DNA of 64,000 bases from Maritimibacter sp. (GTDB lineage: Bacteria; Pseudomonadota; Alphaproteobacteria; Rhodobacterales; Rhodobacteraceae). The translations under genes and the position numbers were made by a program. The notes below the pieces were generated by a model, which was not told where the DNA came from, did not search any database, and saw only the letters and a program-made list of their open reading frames with translations. This document shows, in pieces, positions 36,459 through 45,057 of this stretch (positions within the stretch are counted from its first letter, which is position 1; the number at the start of each line of letters is the position of its first letter). Location of the stretch: positions 213,013 through 277,012 of the forward strand of contig JBLWUQ010000003.1 of NCBI GenBank assembly GCA_048268845.1. Reading direction: 5' to 3'.

Positions 36459-37345
36459 GCGATCCGCGCCGCACTCCTGCCAATGGCCGGGTCGCGCATG
36501 TCGCGCTGCAAGGGACGGTCGCGGCGGAACGCTATGTTGCGCCGGTGCCGCTGGCGGTCGGGCATGTGACCACGCCGCTGCGCGAACGCCCCTATGACAT
36601 CGACGCGCCGCGCCAGAAGGAACTCTTGCTGGGCGAGGTCTTCGAGGTGCTTGACGACGATGGCACTTGGGCCTTCGGTCAATGCGTCCGGGATGGCTAT
36701 GTCGGCTATGTGCTGCGTGCCGCGCTTGTGGACATGGCCTGCACCCCGACCCACGTGATCGCCGCGCGCCAGTCGCTGCTGCTGGATCATCCGCGCGTCA
36801 GGAACTCGGACGACCCGCTGATTCTGTCATTCGGCACGCGCGTCGAGGTGCTCGACACGGTCGATGACTTTGCCTCGGTGATGCTGCCCTTCACGTTCGA
36901 AACCCGCGACGTGCACAAGACGACCACTGGCGGCTACCTCCCCCTCGCCCATCTGCGCGCGGTCGATACGCCTGAAACCGACCCGGTGGCGGTGGCCGAG
37001 CGGTTTCTCGGCACGCCCTATCACTGGGGCGGCGATTCCGGCTGGGGCATCGACTGTTCCGGGCTGGTGCAGGCGGCGCTGATCGCCTGCGGGATCGACT
37101 GCCCGCGCGACAGCGATCAGCAGGCGGAGCTGGGCGACGAGGTGACCGGCGACCTGAGGCGCGGCGATCTGATCTTCTGGCGCGGTCACGTCGCGATGGC
37201 GCTGGACGGCCGCGAAATGATCCACGCCAGCGCGCATCGCATGGCCGTCGTCCGTGAGGATATTCAGACCGCGACCGACCGGATTGCCGCCAAGGGCGAC
37301 GGTCCTGTCATCGCCCGGCGCAGGATCACTCGACCGCGCGGATGA
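36455..37345 (+). CDS. NlpC/P60 (C40) family peptidase with N-terminal SH3-like region
   Basis: 296-aa ORF with a 4-nt overlap on the M17 gene. The catalytic region is GTPYHWGGDSGWGIDCSGLVQ...WRGHVAM. Confidence 0.8.
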   Translation: MSDPRRTPANGRVAHVALQGTVAAERYVAPVPLAVGHVTTPLRERPYDIDAPRQKELLLGEVFEVLDDDGTWAFGQCVRDGYVGYVLRAALVDMACTPTHVIAARQSLLLDHPRVRNSDDPLILSFGTRVEVLDTVDDFASVMLPFTFETRDVHKTTTGGYLPLAHLRAVDTPETDPVAVAERFLGTPYHWGGDSGWGIDCSGLVQAALIACGIDCPRDSDQQAELGDEVTGDLRRGDLIFWRGHVAMALDGREMIHASAHRMAVVREDIQTATDRIAAKGDGPVIARRRITRPRG

Positions 37346-37670
37346 ACTTGCGGTCGAACACCCGCAGCACCATTGCAAGGTCCTGCCCGCGCTTGAGGAT
37401 CTGCCCGTCCATCGCGATCACCGCGTATTGCCCCTGCTTGCCGCGCAGCTTCGGGCGCTTCTCGATCCGGTAGATCGGGTGCTCGGCGGTGCGCCGGAAC
37501 ACCGAAAACACGGCGGCTTCCTTGAGAAAGCTCATGCCGTAGTCACGCCACTCACCGGCCGCGACCATCCGGCCATAGACCCCCAGAATCGCCCCAAGCT
37601 CGCGACGGTCGAAGGTGACCTTGTCGTCGGCATGTTTTCCGGGAAAAGGGGTCGGTGCCTGTATGTTCAT
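37326..37670 (-). CDS. DUF2794 domain-containing protein
   Basis: Track ORF 37326-37886. The upstream 72 codons use rare codons and carry RNA-like hairpins, so the start is placed at ATG 37670 (MNIQAPTPFPGK...). The GEWRDYGMSF...VFSVFRRTAEHPIYRIEK pattern was recognised from memory as DUF2794. Confidence 0.7.
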   Translation of the reverse strand: MNIQAPTPFPGKHADDKVTFDRRELGAILGVYGRMVAAGEWRDYGMSFLKEAAVFSVFRRTAEHPIYRIEKRPKLRGKQGQYAVIAMDGQILKRGQDLAMVLRVFDRKFIRAVE

Positions 37671-37689
37671 AAGGAAAGGATGGGGCCAA

Positions 37690-37880
37690 GCTGCGTGCAA
37701 ATCAATCCCTGCGTGTCCCGGTTCGAATCTGAACACGAAAACGCCCCCGGTTTTCCTCGCTTCGCTCTTAGTCCCGCCCGTATTGCCGGTGATGATCAAC
37801 AGGTAATCGGGCCAGTGGCTCGACCCCGGTGCCGCAACCAACAGCCCCCACCCAGTTCGCGGCACCGGGGGGTTTTCTTT
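37690..37880 (+). ncRNA. candidate small RNA (5' end undefined) ending in an intrinsic terminator with a C-rich loop
   Basis: A + strand terminator lies between two minus-strand genes: CCCCGGTGCCGC (37824-37835), a 23-nt loop with CCCCCACCC, GCGGCACCGGGG (37859-37870), then GGTTTTCTTT. An upstream hairpin GAAAAC-GCCCCCG-GTTTTC sits at 37737-37755. No promoter or family was identified. Confidence 0.25.
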
Positions 37881-37937
37881 CCCCACACGGACAACCTGCC
37901 TTCGCGCAAACCGCTGGCCTTGCGCGTCGTGCCTGCG

Positions 37938-38210
37938 TCAGCCGCAGATGAGCGAGACGATCCTTCCCGCCGCATCGACCCGGATATCGAGCCGCTCAGC
38001 GTTGTAATCCATCGTCACGGCCTCATCCGGCCCCGCCACTCGCATCGGTTCGTAGTCCACCGCGTCAAGCACGCTTCGATGCTGCCCGATCAGGCCCTGA
38101 AGCTCATCCGCCGGGCAAGTCCCGGTCGTGGGCGCGGCCGTCTCGACACAGGCGGCAAGGCCGAGCGTCAGTGCCGCCGACAGGGGCAGCGCGGCAAGGG
38201 TGTTTCGCAT
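37938..38210 (-). CDS. peptidase inhibitor I78 family lipoprotein
   Basis: Track ORF 37938-38429. ATG 38210 is preceded by GGAGG. Lipobox LTLGLAAC is present. The pattern CPADELQGLIGQ...VTMDYNAERLDIRVD...CG resembles the I78 family. Confidence 0.7.
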   Translation of the reverse strand: MRNTLAALPLSAALTLGLAACVETAAPTTGTCPADELQGLIGQHRSVLDAVDYEPMRVAGPDEAVTMDYNAERLDIRVDAAGRIVSLICG

Positions 38211-38368
38211 GGTCGCCTCCTCGTTTCGCCCCATCAAGCCGTGCGCGGGTTCCGACCGCAAGCCCGTCGTCCGGTGCTGGCGAAAATCCGCAAACGGTTT
38301 ACCTTGGCGGCGGCGCGGGCCAGAGTGGCCGCGCCGGCCCAGCCGGCAGATTTCGGGAAAGGCACAAC

Positions 38369-39073
38369 ATGGCAAATGGCGGCACAAAACTCCTCGCGGT
38401 CCTGATCGACGGCGACAATATCGCGGCAAAGCACGCCGAGGCGATCCTGCGCGAGGTCACCACCTATGGCGAACCCGCACTGCGCCGGGTCTATGGCGAC
38501 TGGTCGTCCTCGGGGATGAACGCCTGGGCCAAGAAGGTGCAGGCGTTGGGGCTGGTCGCGCATCAGGAATCGGCCCACACCAAGGGCAAGAACGCCACCG
38601 ATATCGGGCTGGTGATCGACGCGATGGACCTGTTGCATACCGGCCGGTTCAACGGCTTCGTTCTGGTAAGTTCCGACAGCGATTTCACCGCGCTGGCGAA
38701 CCGCATCCGCGAACAGGGGCTGGACGTGATCGGGATCGGCGAGAGCAAGACGCCCGAGAGCCTCAAGAACGTCTGCACCCGTTTCGTGATGATCGAGAAC
38801 ATCACCGAGCAGCGCACCGAAGAGACCACCGCCAAACCCTCGAAACGCTCGCCGCAAGAGGCGCTGCCGCTGATCTTCACGGCGATGGAGAAGATCGACC
38901 AGGAGGGCGAGTGGTATCAGCTTGGCCAGATCGGGCAGGCGATCCAGGCCGACCACCGCGACTTCGACACCAGAAGCTATGGCAAGGCCAAGCTCTCGGA
39001 CCTGATCCGCGAGCTCAAGCGCTTCGAGACCAAGCGCGAGGGAAACCATGTGCTGTTGCGGCGGCTGGATTGA
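38369..39073 (+). CDS. NYN domain protein with C-terminal OST-HTH/LOTUS domain
   Basis: Track ORF 38171-39073, with start at MANGGTKLLAVLIDGDN (38369). The NYN/LabA-like acidic motifs are DGDN, TDIGLVIDAMD and VSSDSDF. The C-terminal part is EWYQLGQIGQAI...YGKAKLSDLI. Confidence 0.8.
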   Translation: MANGGTKLLAVLIDGDNIAAKHAEAILREVTTYGEPALRRVYGDWSSSGMNAWAKKVQALGLVAHQESAHTKGKNATDIGLVIDAMDLLHTGRFNGFVLVSSDSDFTALANRIREQGLDVIGIGESKTPESLKNVCTRFVMIENITEQRTEETTAKPSKRSPQEALPLIFTAMEKIDQEGEWYQLGQIGQAIQADHRDFDTRSYGKAKLSDLIRELKRFETKREGNHVLLRRLD

Positions 39074-39111
39074 GGCATCATGCGCACTTGCGTTACGGCC
39101 CGGTTTGGCTA

Positions 39112-39130
39112 GTTTGGAACAATTCCAAAC
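39112..39130. promoter_or_regulatory. ICE-like (Irr-type) inverted repeat upstream of mbfA
   Basis: GTTTGGAA-caa-TTCCAAAC is a perfect 8-bp inverted repeat with a 3-nt spacer, 13 nt before the mbfA ATG. It follows the same TTTRGAA-N3-TTCYAAA pattern as the iron control element. Confidence 0.55.
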
Positions 39131-39142
39131 AAGAGGTTTCAG

Positions 39143-40123
39143 ATGATCCCCGGAATCACCAGCGGACGGCGTCGATTTTCCGATCTGAGCGAACAGGAAG
39201 TGCTCGCGCTCGCGATCTCGAACGAAGAGGATGATGCGCGGATCTACCGGCAATATGCCGAACGCCTGCGCGTCGACTACCCGGCTTCGGCCAAGGTGTT
39301 CGAGGAGATGGCGCTTGAGGAGGACGAGCATCGCCGCCGCCTGATCGAGGCGCATCAGCGCCGGTTCGGCAACGTCATTCCGCTGATCCGGCGCGAGCAT
39401 GTATCGGGCTTCTATGCCCAGAACCCGGTCTGGCTTATCGAGAATCTCGGGCTGGAGCGGATGCGCGCCGAGGCCAGCGAGATGGAGCGTCAGGCCGAGA
39501 GGTTCTATCGCAAGGCCGCCGACCGCTCGACCGATGCCGACACGCGGATGCTGCTGGGCGATCTGGCAGCGGCCGAGGCCGGGCATAACGAACTGGCCAG
39601 CGCGCTCGAGGCAAAGCATCTGGCCGGCGATGCGCGTTCGGCCGAAGACAAGGCCGCCCAACGCCAGTTCGTGCTGACCTGGGTGCAGCCGGGGCTGGCC
39701 GGGCTGATGGACGGGTCGGTCTCGACGCTGGCGCCGATCTTTGCCACCGCCTTCGCGACGCAGGACACCCACACGACCTTTCTTGTCGGCCTCGCCGCCA
39801 GCATCGGGGCCGGTATCTCGATGGGCTTCACCGAAGCGGCCTCGGACGATGGCGAATTGTCGGGGCGCGGCAGCCCCGTGAAACGTGGAATCGCCTCGGG
39901 CGTGATGACCACGCTGGGCGGGTTGGGCCACGCCCTGCCCTACCTGATCGCGGATTTCTGGACCGCCACGATCATCGCGATGATCGTCGTCTTCATCGAG
40001 CTTTGGGCGATCGTCTGGATCCAGAACCGCTTCATGCAGACACCGTTCCTGCGCGCCACCTTCCAGGTGGTTCTGGGCGGAGCACTGGTGTTCGCGGCGG
40101 GTGTGCTGATCGGCGCCGGCTGA
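39143..40123 (+). CDS. mbfA: membrane-bound ferritin-like / VIT1(CCC1) family iron exporter
   Basis: 326-aa ORF. The N-terminal erythrin-like four-helix region has two ExxH motifs (EEDEHRRR, AEAGHNEL). The C-terminal part is a VIT1/CCC1-type polytopic domain. Confidence 0.85.
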   Translation: MIPGITSGRRRFSDLSEQEVLALAISNEEDDARIYRQYAERLRVDYPASAKVFEEMALEEDEHRRRLIEAHQRRFGNVIPLIRREHVSGFYAQNPVWLIENLGLERMRAEASEMERQAERFYRKAADRSTDADTRMLLGDLAAAEAGHNELASALEAKHLAGDARSAEDKAAQRQFVLTWVQPGLAGLMDGSVSTLAPIFATAFATQDTHTTFLVGLAASIGAGISMGFTEAASDDGELSGRGSPVKRGIASGVMTTLGGLGHALPYLIADFWTATIIAMIVVFIELWAIVWIQNRFMQTPFLRATFQVVLGGALVFAAGVLIGAG

Positions 40124-40179
40124 AACCGCGCGCCGTCTTGCCCATGGCTCTTGTCCCGCCCGCGTGCTAGGCGGCGGCC

Positions 40180-41106
40180 ATGTTTGCCGTCCTGACCCAG
40201 ACCGCGCCGTTTTTCGCCCTGATCGGCCTTGGCTATGGCGCCGGGCGCACGGGGTTTTTCGGCCCGGCGGCAACGGCGGCACTGACCAAGTTCGTGTTCT
40301 ACTTTGCCCTGTCGGCGATGCTGCTCCGGTTCTCGGCCAACCTGCAACTCGGTGATGTCTTCGACTGGATTTTCGTCTGGGCCTATCTTCTGGGAACCGG
40401 CCTTGTCTATCTGCTGGTCACCGCCGTCGCGCTGATCCGGGGGCGCGGCATCGAGGAAGCGGCGGTCGAGGCGCAATGCGGCGTGATCGGCAATTCCGGC
40501 TTTCTCGGCATCCCGCTTCTGGCCATGCTGATGGGCGAGGCCGCGATCGGGCCGGTGATGATGGTGCTGGCGGTCGATCTGGTGGTGTTCGGCAGCCTGA
40601 TCGTGATCCTGATCACCGGGCATCGCGACGGGCGGATCTCGCCGCGCGCGCTTGTCACCGTCGGCAAGGGGCTTCTGACCAACCCGATGATCGTGTCCAT
40701 CGTGCTCGGGTTTTCCTGGTCGGCGACCGGCGCACCGCTGCCCGGCCCGGTGAATGAATTCCTGGTCATCCTCGGCGCCGCCGCCACTCCCGGCGCGCTG
40801 TTCGCCATCGGCGCGTCGCTGGCGACGAAGTCGGCCGAGCGGCTTTCGGTCGCGGTCTGGCTCAGCACCTCGAAACTGGTGCTGCACCCGGCGGCGGTGG
40901 CGCTGATGGCGCTGGTGGTCTTCCCGGTCGAGCCCTTCGCGGCCAGCGTGATGATCGCCGCCGCCGCCCTGCCGGTGGCCGGAAACGTCTATATCCTGGC
41001 GCAGCATTACGGCGTCGCCCCGCAACGGGTGTCCGCCTCGATCCTGGTGTCGACGGCGGTGTCGATCCTGACGGTGTCGGCGGTGATCGCATGGGTGAGC
41101 CTGTGA
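40180..41106 (+). CDS. AEC (auxin efflux carrier) family transporter
   Basis: 308-aa polytopic ORF. The N-terminus MFAVLTQTAPFFALIGLGY and overall layout are typical of the AEC family. Confidence 0.85.
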   Translation: MFAVLTQTAPFFALIGLGYGAGRTGFFGPAATAALTKFVFYFALSAMLLRFSANLQLGDVFDWIFVWAYLLGTGLVYLLVTAVALIRGRGIEEAAVEAQCGVIGNSGFLGIPLLAMLMGEAAIGPVMMVLAVDLVVFGSLIVILITGHRDGRISPRALVTVGKGLLTNPMIVSIVLGFSWSATGAPLPGPVNEFLVILGAAATPGALFAIGASLATKSAERLSVAVWLSTSKLVLHPAAVALMALVVFPVEPFAASVMIAAAALPVAGNVYILAQHYGVAPQRVSASILVSTAVSILTVSAVIAWVSL

Positions 41107-41558
41107 TCTACGTCGATGCCGATGCCTGCCCGGTGAAGGACGAGATCGAGCAGATTGCCACCCGCCACGGCGTCAGGGTTGCCGTGGTGTCGAACGGCGG
41201 CTTGCGCCCCTCGGCCAATCCGCTGGTCGAGATGGTCTATGTCCCCGACGGGCCGGACATCGCCGACATCTGGATCGCCGATCGCGCCGGGCCGGGCGAC
41301 GTGGTCGTCACCGGCGACGTGCCGCTGGCGGCGAAATGCGTGGCCGCAGGCGCGCAGGTGATTCGCCACAATGGCGAGGCCTTCACCCCCGCCAACATCG
41401 GCAACCAGCTTGCCAGCCGCGACCTGATGGCCGACCTGCGCGCCAGCGATCCCTTCCGGCAGGGCGGCGGGCGGCCCTTCTCCAGGGCCGACCGCGCCCG
41501 GTTCCGCGATGCGCTGGAACGTGCGTTGCGCGCCGCAGCACAGGTCCCGCGCGCCTGA
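41091..41558 (+). CDS. YaiI/YqxD family protein (UPF0178)
   Basis: 155-aa ORF. VIYVDADACPVKDEI is the family hallmark. GTG 41103 (GTGA overlap with the AEC stop) is an alternative start. Confidence 0.8.
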   Translation: MGEPVIYVDADACPVKDEIEQIATRHGVRVAVVSNGGLRPSANPLVEMVYVPDGPDIADIWIADRAGPGDVVVTGDVPLAAKCVAAGAQVIRHNGEAFTPANIGNQLASRDLMADLRASDPFRQGGGRPFSRADRARFRDALERALRAAAQVPRA

Positions 41559-41618
41559 CTCCCCTTGCACCTCGCCCCCCTGCTTTGTAGGCAGTGGACG
41601 ACACATGAGGGGGTGCCC

Positions 41619-42473
41619 ATGCCACACAGCGATCCGAAGACCCTGGTTTCGACCGGCTGGCTGGCCAGGCACCTGGCCGACCCCGATCTGCGCCTGATCG
41701 ACGCGTCATGGTATCTTCCTGCCGACAACCGCGACCCCAGGGCGGAATACGAGGCAGCCCACATTCCCGGCGCACGGTTCTTCGATATCGACGACATCGC
41801 CGACCTGCGCTCGGACCTGCCGCACATGGTGCCGCCGGTCGAGAAGTTCATGAGCCGGATGCGCGCGATGGGCATCGGCGACGGGCATCAGGTGGTGGTC
41901 TATGACGGTGCCGGGCTTCTGTCGGCGGCGCGGGTGTGGTGGCTGTTTCGCCTGATGGGCAAGATGGACATCGCCGTGCTCGACGGTGGCTTGCCGAAGT
42001 GGATCGCCGAGGGCCATCCGACCGAGGACATGCCGCCGGTGGTGCGTGACAGGCACATGACGGTCAGCCGTCAGGCCGATCTGGTCAAGGACGTGACGCA
42101 GGTGGCTGCCGCCTCGAAGCTCGGCGACTGGCAGATCCTCGACGCCCGCTCGGCTGGCCGCTTTCGCGGCGATGAACCCGAGCCGCGCGAGGGGCTGCGC
42201 AAGGGCCACATCCCGAATTCGCGCAACCTGCCCTACGGCGACCTGTTGAACGAGGACGGCACGATGAAAGCGCCCGACGCGCTGAAAGCCGCCTTCGAGG
42301 CGGCGGGGATAGATCTCGCCCGCCCGGTGATCTCGACCTGCGGGTCGGGCGTGACCGCCTGCATCCTCGACCTCGCCCTCACCCGCATCGGCCACCCCCG
42401 CCACGCCGTCTATGACGGGTCATGGGCGGAATGGGGCATGTACAACGATCTGAAGATCGCAACCGGAGACTGA
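41619..42473 (+). CDS. sseA: 3-mercaptopyruvate sulfurtransferase
   Basis: Track ORF 41565-42473, with start at MPHSDPKTLVSTGWL (41619). Two rhodanese domains are present, with the active-site loop CGSGVTA. Confidence 0.9.
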   Translation: MPHSDPKTLVSTGWLARHLADPDLRLIDASWYLPADNRDPRAEYEAAHIPGARFFDIDDIADLRSDLPHMVPPVEKFMSRMRAMGIGDGHQVVVYDGAGLLSAARVWWLFRLMGKMDIAVLDGGLPKWIAEGHPTEDMPPVVRDRHMTVSRQADLVKDVTQVAAASKLGDWQILDARSAGRFRGDEPEPREGLRKGHIPNSRNLPYGDLLNEDGTMKAPDALKAAFEAAGIDLARPVISTCGSGVTACILDLALTRIGHPRHAVYDGSWAEWGMYNDLKIATGD

Positions 42474-42479
42474 CCGACC

Positions 42480-43664
42480 ATGTTTGAGCACCTCAAGCCG
42501 CAGCCCGTCGACAAGATCATGGCGCTGATGCAGCAATACCGGGCCGATCCGCGCGACAACAAGGTCGACCTCGGAGTCGGCGTCTACAAGGACGCGACCG
42601 GCAACACCCCGGTGATGCGCGCCGTGAAGGCCGCCGAACAGCAATTGTGGGAGCTTCAGACCACCAAGACCTATACCGGCCTCGCGGGCGATCCCGCCTT
42701 CGGGATGGCGCTGTCCGGGCTGGTGCTGGGCGATAGCGTGCCGGATGACCGGCTGGCCTTTGCCGCCCAGCCGGGCGGCACCGGCGCGATTCACCAGGCG
42801 CTCGAACTGGTCAAGATGGCGGCACCCGAGGCGACAATCTGGATTTCCGCCCCGACCTGGCCCAATCACCCCTCGATCATCCGCCACCTCAAGCTGGCGA
42901 TCGCGGAATACCGCTATTTCGACGATGAAACCCGCGCGGTGGATTTCGCCGGGATGATGGAAGACCTCGCGCGCGTCAAACCCGGCGACGTGGTGCTCCT
43001 GCACGGCTGCTGTCACAACCCGACCGGCGCCAACCTGACGTTGCCGCAGTGGGACGAGGTTGCCACCCTGATCGGCGAGAAGGGCGCGCTGCCGTTCATC
43101 GACATCGCCTATCAGGGTTTCGGCGACGGGCTCGAGGAAGATGCCGCCGGCACGAGGCTGGTCTGCGAGCGCCTGCCGCAAGTTCTGATCGCGGCATCGT
43201 GCTCAAAGAACTTCGGCGTCTACCGCGAGCGTGTCGGCCTTCTGATGGCGGTTGCGCCGGATGCGGCAACCCGCGGCGTGACCCAGGCCAACCTGACCCA
43301 CCTCAACCGGCAGAACTTCTCGTTCCCGCCCGACCACGGCGCGCGGCTGGTGACGATGATCCTCGAGAACGAAGCCCTCCGCGCCGACTGGGCCTCGGAA
43401 CTCGAGGACACGCGCAACGGCATGCTCGGGCTGCGCACCCAACTGGCCGATGCGCTGCGGTCGCGCACCGGGTCGGACCGTTTCGGTTTTCTCGCCCAGC
43501 ACCGCGGCATGTTCTCGCGCCTTGGCGCAACACCCGAACAGGTCGAACACATGCGCGACAAGCACGGCATCTACATGGTCTCGGACTCGCGCATGAACAT
43601 CGCCGGGCTGAATACGAAAACCGTCGACCTGCTGGCCGATGCCATCGTCGACGCCGGGGTGTAG
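42480..43664 (+). CDS. aromatic amino acid / aspartate aminotransferase (class I, AspC/TyrB type)
   Basis: 394-aa ORF with the PLP-lysine motif SCSKNFGVYRERVG and colinear AspC/TyrB-like sequence. Confidence 0.9.
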   Translation: MFEHLKPQPVDKIMALMQQYRADPRDNKVDLGVGVYKDATGNTPVMRAVKAAEQQLWELQTTKTYTGLAGDPAFGMALSGLVLGDSVPDDRLAFAAQPGGTGAIHQALELVKMAAPEATIWISAPTWPNHPSIIRHLKLAIAEYRYFDDETRAVDFAGMMEDLARVKPGDVVLLHGCCHNPTGANLTLPQWDEVATLIGEKGALPFIDIAYQGFGDGLEEDAAGTRLVCERLPQVLIAASCSKNFGVYRERVGLLMAVAPDAATRGVTQANLTHLNRQNFSFPPDHGARLVTMILENEALRADWASELEDTRNGMLGLRTQLADALRSRTGSDRFGFLAQHRGMFSRLGATPEQVEHMRDKHGIYMVSDSRMNIAGLNTKTVDLLADAIVDAGV

Positions 43665-43731
43665 ACCAAGCCGCTCGCGTCTTCATCTTGGCAAAATACT
43701 CCGGGGGTGTGGGGGCAGCGCCCCCAGCCTT

Positions 43732-45057
43732 TCAACCGTTGGTGAACTCCGGATAGGCCTCCATCCCCATCTCGGCGCGGTCCAGCCCCTTGACCTCGGC
43801 CTCTGCACCGACCCGTAGCCCAAGGGTCGCCCGCAGGACCATCCAGACCCCACCCGACACGGTAAAGACGAACCCGCCGACGATCAGGATCGGGACCACC
43901 TGACCAAATACCGTCGCCTCGCCATTGCTGAACAGCACCGCGATGGTGCCCCAGATCCCGGTGAACAGATGCACCGGGATCGCGCCGACGACGTCGTCGA
44001 TCTTCAGCCGGTCAAGCAACGGCACCGCGAACACCACGATCACCCCGCCGATACCCCCGATCTGGCTGGCCATGCCGAGCGACGGCGCCAGCGGTTCGGC
44101 GGTGATCGACACCAGCCCGGCCAGCGCGCCGTTCAGCACCATCGTCAGGTCGATCTTGCGGTAAAGAATCTGGGTCAGCAGCAAGGCGGCCAACGCTCCG
44201 CCAGCAGCGCCCGCGTTGGTGTTGGCGAAGATCCGGCTGATGTCGGCGACGTTGCCGGCGGTGTTCATGTAGAGTTGCGAGCCGCCGTTGAACCCGAACC
44301 AGCCCAGCCACAGGATGAAGGTGCCCAGCGTCGCCAGCGTCAGATTGGAACCGGGGAAGGCGTTGACCTTGTCGCCGGGGCCATATTTGCCAAGACGCGG
44401 GCCGAGGACAAGCGCGCCGGCCAGCGCGGCCCAACCGCCGACCGAATGCACGACGGTCGAACCGGCGAAGTCGTGAAACCCGAACGCGGTGTCAAGAAAC
44501 CCGCCGCCCCATTTCCACGACGCCTGCACCGGGTAGATCAGGCCGGTAAGCACCAGTGTGAAGATCAGGAACGGCCACAGCTTGATCCGCTCGGCCAGCG
44601 CGCCCGAGACGATCGAGGCGGTGGTGGCGCAGAACATCATCTGAAAGAAGAAGTCCGACCCGACCGAGGCATAGCCGAGGTCGGTGTCGGGCGCGCCGCC
44701 GACCGGCTCGAGCACCGCAGGCGCAAAGGCCCCCAACACGCCGGTGATGGTCCAGCCCTCGCCCGGATACAGCAGGTTGTAGCCGATCAGGTAAAACATG
44801 ATCGCCGCAATCGCGAACAGCGCGATGTTCTTGGTCAGTTGCATGGTGACGTTCTTCGAGCGCACCAGCCCGGCCTCGAGCATCGAAAACCCCGCCGCCA
44901 TCCAGAACACCAGAACGCCGGTGACGAGAAACATGAAGGTGTTGAAGATATAGCCGATCTCGTCGCTCGGCGGCGTCTGGTCCGTCCCCTGTGCGACGCC
45001 GGTTACCGGCAGCAAGAATGCCACGGTCGTAAGGATGAGAAGGAGTCTGGATTTCAT
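43732..45057 (-). CDS. amt: ammonium transporter
   Basis: Track ORF 43732-45267, with start at MKSRLLLILTTVAFLLPVTGVAQG (ATG 45057, AAGGA upstream). The Amt signature FHDFAGSTVVHSVGG is present, with 11-12 TM helices. Confidence 0.9.
   Translation of the reverse strand: MKSRLLLILTTVAFLLPVTGVAQGTDQTPPSDEIGYIFNTFMFLVTGVLVFWMAAGFSMLEAGLVRSKNVTMQLTKNIALFAIAAIMFYLIGYNLLYPGEGWTITGVLGAFAPAVLEPVGGAPDTDLGYASVGSDFFFQMMFCATTASIVSGALAERIKLWPFLIFTLVLTGLIYPVQASWKWGGGFLDTAFGFHDFAGSTVVHSVGGWAALAGALVLGPRLGKYGPGDKVNAFPGSNLTLATLGTFILWLGWFGFNGGSQLYMNTAGNVADISRIFANTNAGAAGGALAALLLTQILYRKIDLTMVLNGALAGLVSITAEPLAPSLGMASQIGGIGGVIVVFAVPLLDRLKIDDVVGAIPVHLFTGIWGTIAVLFSNGEATVFGQVVPILIVGGFVFTVSGGVWMVLRATLGLRVGAEAEVKGLDRAEMGMEAYPEFTNG

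Noticed and set aside
37720-37729. GGTTCGAATC, a tRNA/tmRNA T-loop-like decamer
   Set aside because: I tested both strands for a T-arm, acceptor stem and CCA end. The flanking 5-mers are not complementary (CCCGG versus CTGAA), no cloverleaf forms, and there is no tmRNA tag reading frame or permuted acceptor piece. It is probably a chance match.
37254-38405. 383-aa + strand ORF spanning the 37671-37937 gap
   Set aside because: It overlaps the DUF2794 and I78 genes in antisense and crosses the terminator hairpin. No start with a credible context gives a self-contained small protein, because there is no stop before 38405.
38234-40282. 682-aa ORF on the minus strand
   Set aside because: It is antisense to the NYN/OST-HTH and mbfA genes, both of which have clear motifs and SD-compatible starts. 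This is a shadow ORF.
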